Assembly: GCA_964014485.1 (NCBI GenBank)
Contig: CAXHAT010000107.1
Span: forward strand, 1 to 26,434
Direction: 5' to 3'
DNA from: an uncultured Deferribacteres bacterium
Lineage (GTDB): Bacteria; Zhuqueibacterota; Zhuqueibacteria; Zhuqueibacterales; Geothermadaptataceae
DNA length: 26,434 bases
Numbering within the stretch: position 1 is the stretch's first letter; every line of letters starts with the position of its first letter. This document shows, one piece after another, positions 17,377-26,395 of the stretch. Under the pieces are notes generated by a model. The model was not told the origin of the DNA. It worked only from the letters and a program-made list of their open reading frames with translations, and did not search any database. Both the position numbers and the translations under genes were made by a program.

Positions 17377-17483
17377 GGAGTGCAAGGCTTGCCTTGCCAT
17401 TCCACTGCGGATTTTCTCAAACTTTGTTGTTAAACATTCTGAACTTGATGGCAGATCAAAAGGCAAAGCAAGCTTTGCACTCC
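17377..17483. repeat. REPIN-like doublet: two inverted GGAG-type REP-like units 63 bp apart
   Basis: GGAGTGCAAGGCTTGCCTTGCC (17377-17398) and GGCAAAGCAAGCTTTGCACTCC (17462-17483) are 20/22 identical in inverted orientation, and each is itself a hairpin. Confidence 0.75.
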
Positions 17484-17557
17484 TTAATTTTTCCTGTGGC
17501 GCGTATCGTCAGGTTGTAAATTGATTGTGAACGTATGAAGAAATTTGAAAGTGTAGA

Positions 17558-17595
17558 CGGCTCCTGAACTTAGGTTCAAGAGCCGGTTTTTTTTT
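17558..17595 (+). terminator. Rho-independent terminator (plus-strand U-tract)
   Basis: CGGCTCCTGAAC-TTAG-GTTCAAGAGCCG followed by G and T9, next to the rfbA stop. Confidence 0.7.
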
Positions 17596-17602
17596 GAAGA
17601 TT

Positions 17603-18481
17603 TTATTTCAAATGTTCTTGTTCAAGCACGGCGAGCAGGTAGCGGCCGTACTCGTTTTTGGACAACGGCTCGGCCAAATCGAGCAGCTTTTTCGCGTCAA
17701 TGTACCCCATGCGATAGGCGATTTCTTCGACGCAGGAAATTTTAAGTCCCTGGCGTTTTTCAACGGTTGCAACGTAGCTGCTGGCCTCAACAAGCGCGTC
17801 GTGCGTTCCCGTATCCAGCCAGGCGAAACCTCGCCCAAGCAATTCCACGTGCAAACGTTCTTTTTCGAGATAAACTTTGTTGAGATCAGTGATTTCCAGC
17901 TCGCCGCGCGCCGAAGGGTTGAGCTGTTTAGCGTATTCGACGACGCTGTTGTCGTAAAAATAGAGACCTGTTACAGCATAGTTTGAGCGGGGGATTTTCG
18001 GTTTTTCCTCAATGCTTTTAACGCGCCACCCCTTGTCGAATTCGACGACGCCGTAGCGTTGCGGGTCGCGAACGTAGTAACCAAAAACGGTTGCTCCGGA
18101 TTCTCGAGAAGTCGCTCTGCGCAAAATTTCCGGCAAACCGTGTCCGTAAAAAATGTTATCGCCCAGAACCAAAGCGACGGATTCGTTGTTAATGAATTCT
18201 TCGCCGATCAGGAAAGCTTGCGCGATGCCTTCGGGCTTGGCCTGCTCCATGTAGCTGAAGTTTAGCCCAAACTGACTGCCGTCTTTGAGCAGCGCTTTAA
18301 AACGCGGCAAATCCTGCGGCGTCGAAATAATCAAAATGTCGCGAATGCCCGCGAGCATCAAAACGGAAAGCGGGTAGTAAATCATCGGCTTATCGTAAAC
18401 CGGCAGCAATTGCTTGCTCACGACGTTTGTGATCGGGTAAAGCCGGGTGCCGCTCCCGCCGGCGAGAATAATTCCCTTCAT
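17603..18481 (-). CDS. rfbA: Glucose-1-phosphate thymidylyltransferase
   Basis: [55 protein letters not shown] and [12 protein letters not shown] motifs. Confidence 0.97.
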   Translation of the reverse strand: MKGIILAGGSGTRLYPITNVVSKQLLPVYDKPMIYYPLSVLMLAGIRDILIISTPQDLPRFKALLKDGSQFGLNFSYMEQAKPEGIAQAFLIGEEFINNESVALVLGDNIFYGHGLPEILRRATSRESGATVFGYYVRDPQRYGVVEFDKGWRVKSIEEKPKIPRSNYAVTGLYFYDNSVVEYAKQLNPSARGELEITDLNKVYLEKERLHVELLGRGFAWLDTGTHDALVEASSYVATVEKRQGLKISCVEEIAYRMGYIDAKKLLDLAEPLSKNEYGRYLLAVLEQEHLK

Positions 18482-18646
18482 GAAGTCTCCTGTCCTGAAA
18501 AATGGTAAAGCTGCGATCCTCTTTTGAAGGCGTACAAAATACGGAATTCAAAGAATGGAATTCAAGCGCTCCGCGCCTGGATCGTGCAAACAAATTTTGG
18601 TAGTATGTATGGGCAAAGGCGGGCTTTTACGTGGAAAATATTCGCA

Positions 18647-21370
18647 CTATTGGGGGCGGGGGAGGTGTTTGACGGTGTTCATGCGCAATGGATAAGCTTC
18701 GCGCGCCTTGCCGACAACGTTCCCTTTCTGGTCGATGATCACCACAATATCTCCGGATTCGGAGCCGGAAGGGATGCTCGCGCCGAGAACGTCGTAATGC
18801 CAACCCGGCAGCTTTCCTCCGAGCAAACCTTTGGGATCGTGAATCTGCGGCCAGTCCATGCGAAGCTCGTCGGCTCTGCTCCGCAACAGTTCCGGCGCGC
18901 CGCCCAGGGCGATTGAGACCAATTCAATTTTATCCGCGCCGATTCTGTTTCGAATGTCCTTCAACTCAGCAATCATTTCTTCGGAGTGCGTCAGCCAAGG
19001 TATCCAAATGTGCATCAGAACGATTTTGCCTTCAAAGTCTGAAAGACTGACGTGCTCGCCGGTAATCGATTGGGTCGAAAAATCAGCGGCTTTTGCACCG
19101 AGCAGATTGGGCTTTAGACGCGAAATAAAATGTTTTGCGTTCTGTTTTTGAGCGGCGGTTAAATCGTACTTGAGCGCTTTTTCCAGCGTACGAACGCCTT
19201 CCAGACGATACCCGTCGATCAATTCAAAAACAACGGCGTGTTCCACCGCCACGAGATTGTACAGCCAGTAACCGTAGAAATATAGGGCGTAGCCTTGATT
19301 TCGGGTCAGCTCGGAATATTTGATCGCCTTTTTGAGCGCAAACTTTGTTGCAAAGTCACGCTCAAGGTCAAAAACCTGGTAAAATGGCAGCACTGCCGGA
19401 AAGTGCGTTTCATCATAACTAACGCTTTCAAGGCGCGTGCGATAGTCGGACTTCTGAGCGTCGGTTAACGAACTGTAGGAAATCAAAAAGCTTTCTTCCA
19501 AAGCAAGGCGCTTCTCCGCGCCGTCCGCTTTCCTCTGCGCGACTTCCCAGAGTTTCAGCATTTGGCGATAGATTTCTTCGCCGTGCTTTGCCCATTCGTC
19601 GCGCTGCGGGGTTCTTTTTTCATTGGGAAAATACTGCTTAAACAGACGCTGTTTTTCTGCAATGAGCGCGTCGATCTCGGAGTCGCCGGACTGCACTTTT
19701 CGGTTAGGCGAATAACTCCACGCCCAATGGCCTGCTTCAAACAAAAGATTTTGTGTGGAAGCCTGAAAACCGCCGCGCGCCTTATTGTGCGCCCCGACAC
19801 GACCTGGCAGATGTGAAAAATTGACGTTCTTTGCAGGGTCGACAGGTTTGTTGTTCTTCAACAATTCAAAATGCAAATGATTGCCCGTTGAACGCCCGGT
19901 GTTCCCAACGCGACCGATCATTTCACCGGCCTTTACCGTCTGCCCGGCTTCCACTTCAACGGCATTCAAATGCGCGTACTTGGTTTTAAACGCCTGATCG
20001 TGCGAAATAATCACATAGCGTCCATAGCCCTTGTTGATTTTGTATTCGGTGATCGCTGAATCGATTTTTCCGTCCGCGGCTGCATAAACTGGCGTTCCTT
20101 TTGAAGTCGCAACATCGACTCCGCGATGGAATGCTTCCCTTTGTGTAAACGGATCTTTCATCGCGCCGAAAGTCGCCGTGACTTTACCGGTTTTTATTGG
20201 CGCCTGAAATTGTGGAGCGGCGTGCGGTTTTTTACTCTCTGCGGTGGCCTTTTTATTGAACAAAGCTGACGCGAGCAATCCGCCGTTCTCTGGATTTTTG
20301 GCCATTGGCAGAAGAAAAATTCCGACGGCTATGCAAACCGCCAAATGAAGTTTCGATCGATTCCGATGTAGGTTTTTTGTAGTCATAATTTCCCTCAATC
20401 TTTGTTCAAATAAATTTTTTGAGCCGCCAAACCCCGCGACAAAGGCGGCGTTTCTTGTCCCGCCCATATTCATTTTTAAGATTTGCAACATGCTCGCCCC
20501 ATATTCGGCGGGCGTGAATTCATCGTATTGCAACACCATCCCGTCGCAAATTTTTTCTCTTGCCTGGTTGATTTTTCTGTTTGCAAACCACAAAAGCGGA
20601 TAAAAAAAGTACACGGCCTGCAGGACGGCTTGCAATTTTAGCCAGACCGCGTCGAAGCGCTTAATGTGCGCCATCTCGTGGGCGACGATCATCCGGAGTG
20701 ATTTTTCATGACGGCGCTCAACCAAAGCTTTCGGCAAAAAAATAGTCGGGCGGAAAACGCTGATAGTAAACGGCGACAAATAAGCGTCCGAGCAAACGAT
20801 GCGAACCTTGCGGCGGATTTTGAGCCGCTTGCGCCATATTCCGACGATTTCCAGAATCCAATTGTCATCCAGGCGGCGCGCTGATTTGACCAGCTTGCGA
20901 AATTTCGCTGCGCGTTGCGCAAACAACGCTAGAACAAACAAGGAACCGCCGCACCACAAAAGAAAAAGGAGCGTCTGCCACTGAAATTTTGCGCTAAGGT
21001 TATTTTGCGAAATCGTCGGAACTTGCCGAAATTCGGATTCGGCTGGAAGGAGGGATCGTTCATTTCTCATCTTCACTTGCTCACGTTGCAATTCATTTGA
21101 CGGCGCGGCAAAAACGGGAGCGTTTTGCGACTGAAAAGATTCGAAAACTTCACGCGCGCTGATTGGCGAAGAGAGCGTCGGGGGCAGCGCGAGACGGAAG
21201 AGGAAAAGCGTCCAGAGCCCCAGTTGGAGTCCCGGCGAGCTTTTTTTGAAAAGCCATAAAACGATGCTGATCACAGAAAACAGAATTGTTGCGAAGACAA
21301 TTTCAGCACCAATCATTTGCAAAAACGTTTCAGCAGTGCGGGATAATTTCAGGCCAATTTCCGTGAACAC
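18647..21370 (-). CDS. BlaR1/MecR1-like M56 peptidase fused to an M23 peptidase and a C-terminal TlpA/redoxin-like domain
   Basis: M56: TM helices, SPF..FRP.I.LP, HEMAHIKRFD, REKICD. M23: DPFT..FHRGVD, YGRY, YAHL, GNTGRSTGNHLHFE. Redoxin: G.KAADFS...VSLSDFEGKIVL. The true start is GTG 21370, overlapping the blaI stop (TAGTG), giving about 907 aa. Confidence 0.88.
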   Translation of the reverse strand: MFTEIGLKLSRTAETFLQMIGAEIVFATILFSVISIVLWLFKKSSPGLQLGLWTLFLFRLALPPTLSSPISAREVFESFQSQNAPVFAAPSNELQREQVKMRNERSLLPAESEFRQVPTISQNNLSAKFQWQTLLFLLWCGGSLFVLALFAQRAAKFRKLVKSARRLDDNWILEIVGIWRKRLKIRRKVRIVCSDAYLSPFTISVFRPTIFLPKALVERRHEKSLRMIVAHEMAHIKRFDAVWLKLQAVLQAVYFFYPLLWFANRKINQAREKICDGMVLQYDEFTPAEYGASMLQILKMNMGGTRNAAFVAGFGGSKNLFEQRLREIMTTKNLHRNRSKLHLAVCIAVGIFLLPMAKNPENGGLLASALFNKKATAESKKPHAAPQFQAPIKTGKVTATFGAMKDPFTQREAFHRGVDVATSKGTPVYAAADGKIDSAITEYKINKGYGRYVIISHDQAFKTKYAHLNAVEVEAGQTVKAGEMIGRVGNTGRSTGNHLHFELLKNNKPVDPAKNVNFSHLPGRVGAHNKARGGFQASTQNLLFEAGHWAWSYSPNRKVQSGDSEIDALIAEKQRLFKQYFPNEKRTPQRDEWAKHGEEIYRQMLKLWEVAQRKADGAEKRLALEESFLISYSSLTDAQKSDYRTRLESVSYDETHFPAVLPFYQVFDLERDFATKFALKKAIKYSELTRNQGYALYFYGYWLYNLVAVEHAVVFELIDGYRLEGVRTLEKALKYDLTAAQKQNAKHFISRLKPNLLGAKAADFSTQSITGEHVSLSDFEGKIVLMHIWIPWLTHSEEMIAELKDIRNRIGADKIELVSIALGGAPELLRSRADELRMDWPQIHDPKGLLGGKLPGWHYDVLGASIPSGSESGDIVVIIDQKGNVVGKAREAYPLRMNTVKHLPRPQ

Positions 21371-21747
21371 TATTTTCCCTCCTCGGCGTCTTTTTCCAGC
21401 AGCTCGGTCAATTCGTCGATTTCTTCCGGCGTCAGCGTTTTGTTGCGGGCAAAAAGAGAAACCACAGCGCCTTGATCCATTTCCAAAACGCGATCGGCAA
21501 AAAACTGCACCATCCGCATTAGGCCCGCCGGGCGGCTGACTGACGGCTTGTAGACAAAAATGCCGTGAAACGATTCTCTGGAGAGCAAGCCTTTTTTGAC
21601 CATGCGATCCATCATTGTTTTGGTCGTCGAGTACGCCCAGGTATAGGTTTCTGCAAGTTGGTTGTGCGCTTCGCGAACGGACATTTCTTTGCCGCGCCAT
21701 AAAACGCGAAGGATGTCATATTCCGCTTTTGATAGATCTGGAGTCAT
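21370..21747 (-). CDS. BlaI/MecI/CopY-family transcriptional repressor
   Basis: LSKAEYDILRVLW, WAYSTTKTMMDRMVKKG and LTPEEIDEL motifs. Translationally coupled to the M56 gene. Confidence 0.93.
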   Translation of the reverse strand: MTPDLSKAEYDILRVLWRGKEMSVREAHNQLAETYTWAYSTTKTMMDRMVKKGLLSRESFHGIFVYKPSVSRPAGLMRMVQFFADRVLEMDQGAVVSLFARNKTLTPEEIDELTELLEKDAEEGK

Positions 21748-21935
21748 GTAGATGATTGATTAGTGTGTCGCGTTGATGTTAATTTGTAACAGGTGCGCTA
21801 AAAATAAACATTTTCGTTTCGATGTCAAGGGCTTTTTTGCGCCGATGTTCAAAGTCGCCGCTTTTCGTTGCGGAGGCGCCCGATCAAGCATATATTGTTT
21901 CTTACGACAATTCTCAAAAATGATGAAGGAACGGC

Positions 21936-23054
21936 ATGTTGAATCGCAGAAGTTTTTTATTGCAAAGCTTGACCGGAGGCATAGTTTTAGGTATGAATGC
22001 GATGACAAATCGCCTGTCCGGCAAACCCAAGCGCGAGAAAAGTCCTGAAATTTGGGTGTGGATGCATCCGAAAGAAAAATGGTCGTCGGACGAATGGCGT
22101 CGCGCTTTTGGAGATTTGCGGAAATCGGGGGTGGGGGCCGTGCATTTGCTGGTTAAAAACGGCGACCGGGCGTTTTACCGAAGCGCGCACTACAAAAGTT
22201 CATCTCCCATGCTAGAGCTGGCGCTTGCCGCGGCGAAAAAAGAAGGCGTCGCTGTCCATGCATGGATTTTTACAATGCTTTGTACCAATCCTGAGATTAT
22301 CAAAACGCACGCTGAATGGTTTGCAATTAACAGGAACGGAGTTTCTTGCCTGGAAAAACCTCCCTACGTTGGATATTACAAGTGGCTTTGCTCAACTCGC
22401 CCGGAAGTCCAGGAATTTGTTTCAAAAACGATCCATGAGTTGGCGGAAATAGATGGTCTGGCAGGCGTACACCTGGATTACATTCGTCTGCCCGACGTCA
22501 TTTTGCCAAAAGCGTTGCAACCCAAGTACGATCTGGTGCAGGATAGAGAATTCCCGGAATTCGATTTTTGCTATTGCGAAGTTTGCCGGAAGACTTTTCA
22601 ACAAAAGTTTGGCGACGATCCGCTGAAGCTCCAAGACCCCGCAAGTTCAAACGAATGGAAACAGTTTCGTTACGACAACATCTCGAATATCGTGAATCAG
22701 TCGGCGCGGATCGTTCGTGCAGACGGGAAAGCGATTTCCGCCGCCGTCTTTGCAACGCCCGATTTGGCGCGTCGGTACGTTCGACAAGATTGGACAAAAT
22801 GGGATTTGGACAAAGTTTTCCCGATGATCTACCACAATTTCTACGCGCAGGAATCAGGCTGGATTGAGGAAGCGACACGAGAAGGGAGGCGGGCTGTGGG
22901 CGATGGGAAGGAGTTCTTCACCGGGCTGTACTTGCCTGAAATTTCTACCGAGAATTTGCAAAAAGCCATTCACTTTGCCAGACAAGGCGGCGCTAACGGC
23001 GTGTCGTTATTTGACTACGAAACCTATGTCAAAAAGAGCTATCGGCTGAAGTGA
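21936..23054 (+). CDS. Tat-exported glycoside hydrolase-like family 10 (GHL10/DUF187) protein
   Basis: NRRSFL twin-arginine signal and VHAW, GVHLDYIR.PD, FCYC..C, SAAVF, QDW..W and PMIY motifs. Confidence 0.85.
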   Translation: MLNRRSFLLQSLTGGIVLGMNAMTNRLSGKPKREKSPEIWVWMHPKEKWSSDEWRRAFGDLRKSGVGAVHLLVKNGDRAFYRSAHYKSSSPMLELALAAAKKEGVAVHAWIFTMLCTNPEIIKTHAEWFAINRNGVSCLEKPPYVGYYKWLCSTRPEVQEFVSKTIHELAEIDGLAGVHLDYIRLPDVILPKALQPKYDLVQDREFPEFDFCYCEVCRKTFQQKFGDDPLKLQDPASSNEWKQFRYDNISNIVNQSARIVRADGKAISAAVFATPDLARRYVRQDWTKWDLDKVFPMIYHNFYAQESGWIEEATREGRRAVGDGKEFFTGLYLPEISTENLQKAIHFARQGGANGVSLFDYETYVKKSYRLK

Positions 23055-24124
23055 TGGTCATTCTCAGATAAGAAAGTGAAGAATCTCTCCGCCAAAAGTT
23101 TCCCAACCGCCGCGTTGCCTTCCTGCGTCAAATGCCCGTCGTATCGAAAATACAGATCGACTTTGTTTTGCTTGTAGATTTTCGCGAGGGCGGGCAGCGT
23201 TTCAATCCAGACAAATTTTTCCTGGTTTGCAAATTGGGAGAAATTTCGATCCATTTGATGCACGTCGATCCCGTCGAGTTCGAGCTGATTTGCAGCGACA
23301 AGCGTTTGAAATTGCTGCGGAATAGAAAGCGTAAGAAACGGGGTGTTTTGCGTCTGGCAGAAACGGTTCATTTCTGCAATCAGAGCCTTTGAAATCTCGA
23401 ATTGCCTTTGAATCTCAGGCTGGGGACTGACTGCAAAGAACTTCGCGCTCGGCGTCATATTGTAAAGCTGCGTATAAAATCCGTCGCCGCCCATGAGCAG
23501 CCGTTTGAAAAAAACGATGGTGTGAAACGTTGCCGGTTTGTCCTGCTTTTCAACCATGATTTGCCCGGACAATTTTTCTGATTGATTTCTGAGACGATCT
23601 CGGTCAACGGGCTTGTTGGTGAAAACATCGTTTGGCAGAAAGGCAAGAATGACGACGTCCGGTTGAATTTGCGAATAGAGCCGTTCCAGGTAGATCAATT
23701 CAGTACGTGTGTCATAGCCGGGAACGCCTGCATTTATAACGCGAAATTGGCCTGCCGTTTTAATGTTTCGCTCAAAAACGGACGGCCACGTTTCTTCATA
23801 GTTGACCCCGGCGCCGAACGTGAATGAATCGCCCAGAATGAGGATCGTTTTCAGGCTGTCTGATTCAAGATTTGGCGATCCGTCATGCCGAAAGCCGGAA
23901 TCATCGATCAAATATTCAGCAGTGAACTCCGGGTGACTTGTGCGATAGTGCGCGCCCGGCGTATTCACGTGCCCCAAAACCGCGTCTCGCGAAGCGCCGC
24001 GTTTTTCGGAAAGGTATTCATGCCGACTTTCTTGCGGCGAAAAAATGCGCAGGCAGCCTTCAAAACCGAGGAAAAGCACGCCGGTCAAAACAAGAATAAT
24101 TGCACCGTCTTTTAAGAATTTCAT
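23039..24124 (-). CDS. Membrane-anchored SGNH/GDSL hydrolase (AlgX/AlgJ-like)
   Basis: N-terminal anchor (EGCLR), block I GDSFTFG, NAGVPGY, ND and block V DGH motifs. Confidence 0.85.
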   Translation of the reverse strand: MKFLKDGAIILVLTGVLFLGFEGCLRIFSPQESRHEYLSEKRGASRDAVLGHVNTPGAHYRTSHPEFTAEYLIDDSGFRHDGSPNLESDSLKTILILGDSFTFGAGVNYEETWPSVFERNIKTAGQFRVINAGVPGYDTRTELIYLERLYSQIQPDVVILAFLPNDVFTNKPVDRDRLRNQSEKLSGQIMVEKQDKPATFHTIVFFKRLLMGGDGFYTQLYNMTPSAKFFAVSPQPEIQRQFEISKALIAEMNRFCQTQNTPFLTLSIPQQFQTLVAANQLELDGIDVHQMDRNFSQFANQEKFVWIETLPALAKIYKQNKVDLYFRYDGHLTQEGNAAVGKLLAERFFTFLSENDHHFSR

Positions 24125-24151
24125 AGTCTTCGGTGTTCGTGAGTCGAGCGG

Positions 24152-25495
24152 CTACGCTGAAGCGCGATCCAGAGCGAAATCAAAAATATTCAGCCCTTCT
24201 TTGAGAACGTCCAATTCGATGGTGAGCGGGGGCAGCGTCCGAATAACATTGCCGTGAATCCCCGCTTTAAGAACAATCAGCCCATGCTCAAAGCACATTT
24301 TTTGAAGGCGAGCGACGAAATCTGTCGCTGGTTTCTGTGAGCGTTGGTCCGAAACAAATTCAATCGCATTCATTGCGCCTAATCCGCGAACGTCTGCCAC
24401 GGATGCGTTTTTTGCCTGCAAATCTGTGAATTTTTCGCGAATTATTTTTCCGAGCTTTTCCGCTCGCTCGGGCAATTTCTGTTTTTCAACAAAGTTGATG
24501 GCCGCCAGCGCCGCAGCGCAACTTACCGGATTACCGCCAAATGTTGAACCAATGCTTGCGGGCGCAACAGCGTCCATAACTTCAGCGCGTCCGGTCACAG
24601 CGCTGATGGGCAAACCTCCGCCCATCGATTTTGCCGTGACGATAATATCGGGAGCGACGTCAAAATGCTCCATCGCAAACATTTTCCCGGAACGGCCCCA
24701 TCCTGACTGAATTTCGTCCGCGATTAGCAAAATCCCGTGTTTTCGAGCAATCTTCGCTAAGGATTTTAGAAAACCTTTGTTGATCGGCGCAAATCCGCCT
24801 TCCCCAAGAATCGGCTCAAAAATGATTGCCGCAACTTCGTCTGGGTCAACGGTGACTTTGAAAAATGAATCAAAAAACTCCACATTATCCATGCAACAAG
24901 CGTCAGCAGTCTCCGGCGAGTTCTTGCAGACTCGGCAGTTTGGGAACGGCAGATGATAGATATCCGGGGCCAGCGCGCCAAAGTTTGTTTTGTACGGCCT
25001 GACTTTTCCGGTCAGAGTCAAACCCAGCAACGTCCGCCCATGAAAACTTTGTTGAAATGCTATTACCGCGCTTTTGCGCGTTGCGTACCGCGCTATTTTT
25101 ACGGCGTTTTCAACGGCTTCCGCGCCGCTGTTGACGAGAAAGGTTTTTTTCTCAAAATCGCCGGGCGCCAGTTGGTTCAGTTTTTCCGTCACCGCCACGT
25201 AATTTTCGTACATCGTCGCAGGAAAACAGACGTGAGTGAACGCGTCTAATTGCTCTTTGGCCGCCTGCACAACTTCAGGGTTGCTGTGACCGACATTGAT
25301 TGCGCCGATGCCAGCGACAAAATCGATGAACCTGTTTCCGTCGATGTCGGTCAGTAGCGCATTTTTGGCGTTTTCTATAAAAATGGGGAAGTTGTGAAAG
25401 GCGCCTTTCGAAACAGCCGCGCTTTTTCTATTTAAAAGCTCTTGACTTTTGGGGCCGGGAGGGCCTGAGATGATTTTAGCAAATTGCGTATTCAT
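24152..25495 (-). CDS. gabT: 4-aminobutyrate--2-oxoglutarate transaminase (class III aminotransferase)
   Basis: IDFVAGIG, NSGAEAVENAVKIAR, FHGRT, EPILGEGGF, ADEIQSGWGRSG, AKSMGGGLPIS and TFGGNP motifs. Confidence 0.88.
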   Translation of the reverse strand: MNTQFAKIISGPPGPKSQELLNRKSAAVSKGAFHNFPIFIENAKNALLTDIDGNRFIDFVAGIGAINVGHSNPEVVQAAKEQLDAFTHVCFPATMYENYVAVTEKLNQLAPGDFEKKTFLVNSGAEAVENAVKIARYATRKSAVIAFQQSFHGRTLLGLTLTGKVRPYKTNFGALAPDIYHLPFPNCRVCKNSPETADACCMDNVEFFDSFFKVTVDPDEVAAIIFEPILGEGGFAPINKGFLKSLAKIARKHGILLIADEIQSGWGRSGKMFAMEHFDVAPDIIVTAKSMGGGLPISAVTGRAEVMDAVAPASIGSTFGGNPVSCAAALAAINFVEKQKLPERAEKLGKIIREKFTDLQAKNASVADVRGLGAMNAIEFVSDQRSQKPATDFVARLQKMCFEHGLIVLKAGIHGNVIRTLPPLTIELDVLKEGLNIFDFALDRASA

Positions 25496-25542
25496 ACAAC
25501 ATTAACGAGAGAAGTACAGGTTAAAATTTCGTGTGGATAGCA

Positions 25543-26148
25543 TCAATCCAACAATTCGTAGCGTTTCAAGCTCTGCTCGAGCTGCGCCGGAGATTGAAAG
25601 TGGATGGCCTTCAATCCCAAATCTTGCGCGGTTTTGATGTTTGCTTTTGAATCGTCAATGTACACCGTCGTTTCAGGCGTAAGATTAAATCGCTCAAACA
25701 TCAAATGGAAGATTTCAGGATCGGGCTTGATCATTTTCACCTCGCCGGAGATGATTCTGTCGTCGAATTCATTCAAAAAAGGAAAGCGTTCGCAAGCGAT
25801 TGGAAAAGTTTCGTGCGACCAATTTGAGAGTGCGTAGATCGGCGTTTTCCGCGTCTTCAAACGTCGGAAGATTTCTACCGTGCCGTGGATTGCGTCGCCA
25901 AGCATCTCTTCCCAGCGCTCGGCGTATTCGGCGATGTGCTTTTTGTATTTCGGAAATTGGGGCTGCAAGATTTTTACGCCCTCAGCAAAGGGACGGCCTG
26001 CGTCTTGTTGCGCATTCCAGGCGTCGCTGCAAACATTGGCTAAAAACCATTCCATTTCTTGCGGGTCATCGAACAGTTTGCGAAAAACGTAACGCGGGTT
26101 CCAGTCAACCATTACCCCCCCAAGGTCGAAGACGACAGATTCGATCAT
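25543..26148 (-). CDS. HAD-superfamily phosphatase (HAD-IA)
   Basis: FDLGGV motif I, LSNW motif II, KPDP.IF motif III and IDD motif IV. The true start is ATG 26148 (MIESVVFD), and the ORF extension to 26424 is spurious. Confidence 0.9.
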   Translation of the reverse strand: MIESVVFDLGGVMVDWNPRYVFRKLFDDPQEMEWFLANVCSDAWNAQQDAGRPFAEGVKILQPQFPKYKKHIAEYAERWEEMLGDAIHGTVEIFRRLKTRKTPIYALSNWSHETFPIACERFPFLNEFDDRIISGEVKMIKPDPEIFHLMFERFNLTPETTVYIDDSKANIKTAQDLGLKAIHFQSPAQLEQSLKRYELLD

Positions 26149-26350
26149 GATTCTCTTGTTGCTCTCCAGGCGTTTTCTTGAATATCCAACGCCGATGAAC
26201 GGCGCTTTAAGCAAGCCCCATTTGTCGATTTCGAAAACAAAAACCGAGTTTTTTTTGCCGAATAATTCCAATGGAAAAGTGAGATGCGGGGCGGGGAGAG
26301 ATGAAGATGAAATTTTTTCGAACGAACTGGGAGGCAAGTTCGTCAAATAC

Positions 26351-26391
26351 AAAAAAAGAAAGCCGCTGAGTGTCGCCACACCCAACGGCTT
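26351..26391 (-). terminator. Rho-independent terminator of an upstream minus-strand gene lying outside the contig
   Basis: Minus strand reads AAGCCGTTGGGTGT-GGCG-ACACTCAGCGGCTT-TCTTTTTTT (stem with G-U pairs plus a U-tract). Confidence 0.75.
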
Positions 26392-26395
26392 ACAT

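Noticed and set aside
17250..17483. Palindromic repeats as a CRISPR array
   Set aside because: They are not identical direct repeats with regular spacers, and no cas genes are present.
21371..21700. N-terminal extension of the M56 ORF overlapping blaI
   Set aside because: It is an alternative frame of the well-supported blaI gene. GTG 21370 coupled to the blaI stop is the natural start.
21748..21935. BlaI operator (TACA-NN-TGTA-like palindrome)
   Set aside because: Only half-site-like words are visible (TGTAGA near 21747, TTACGACAA near 21902), with no clean palindrome, so no site is called.
23039..23054. 16-bp convergent overlap of the GHL10 and SGNH genes
   Set aside because: Short tail-to-tail overlaps are common and do not show a functional link.
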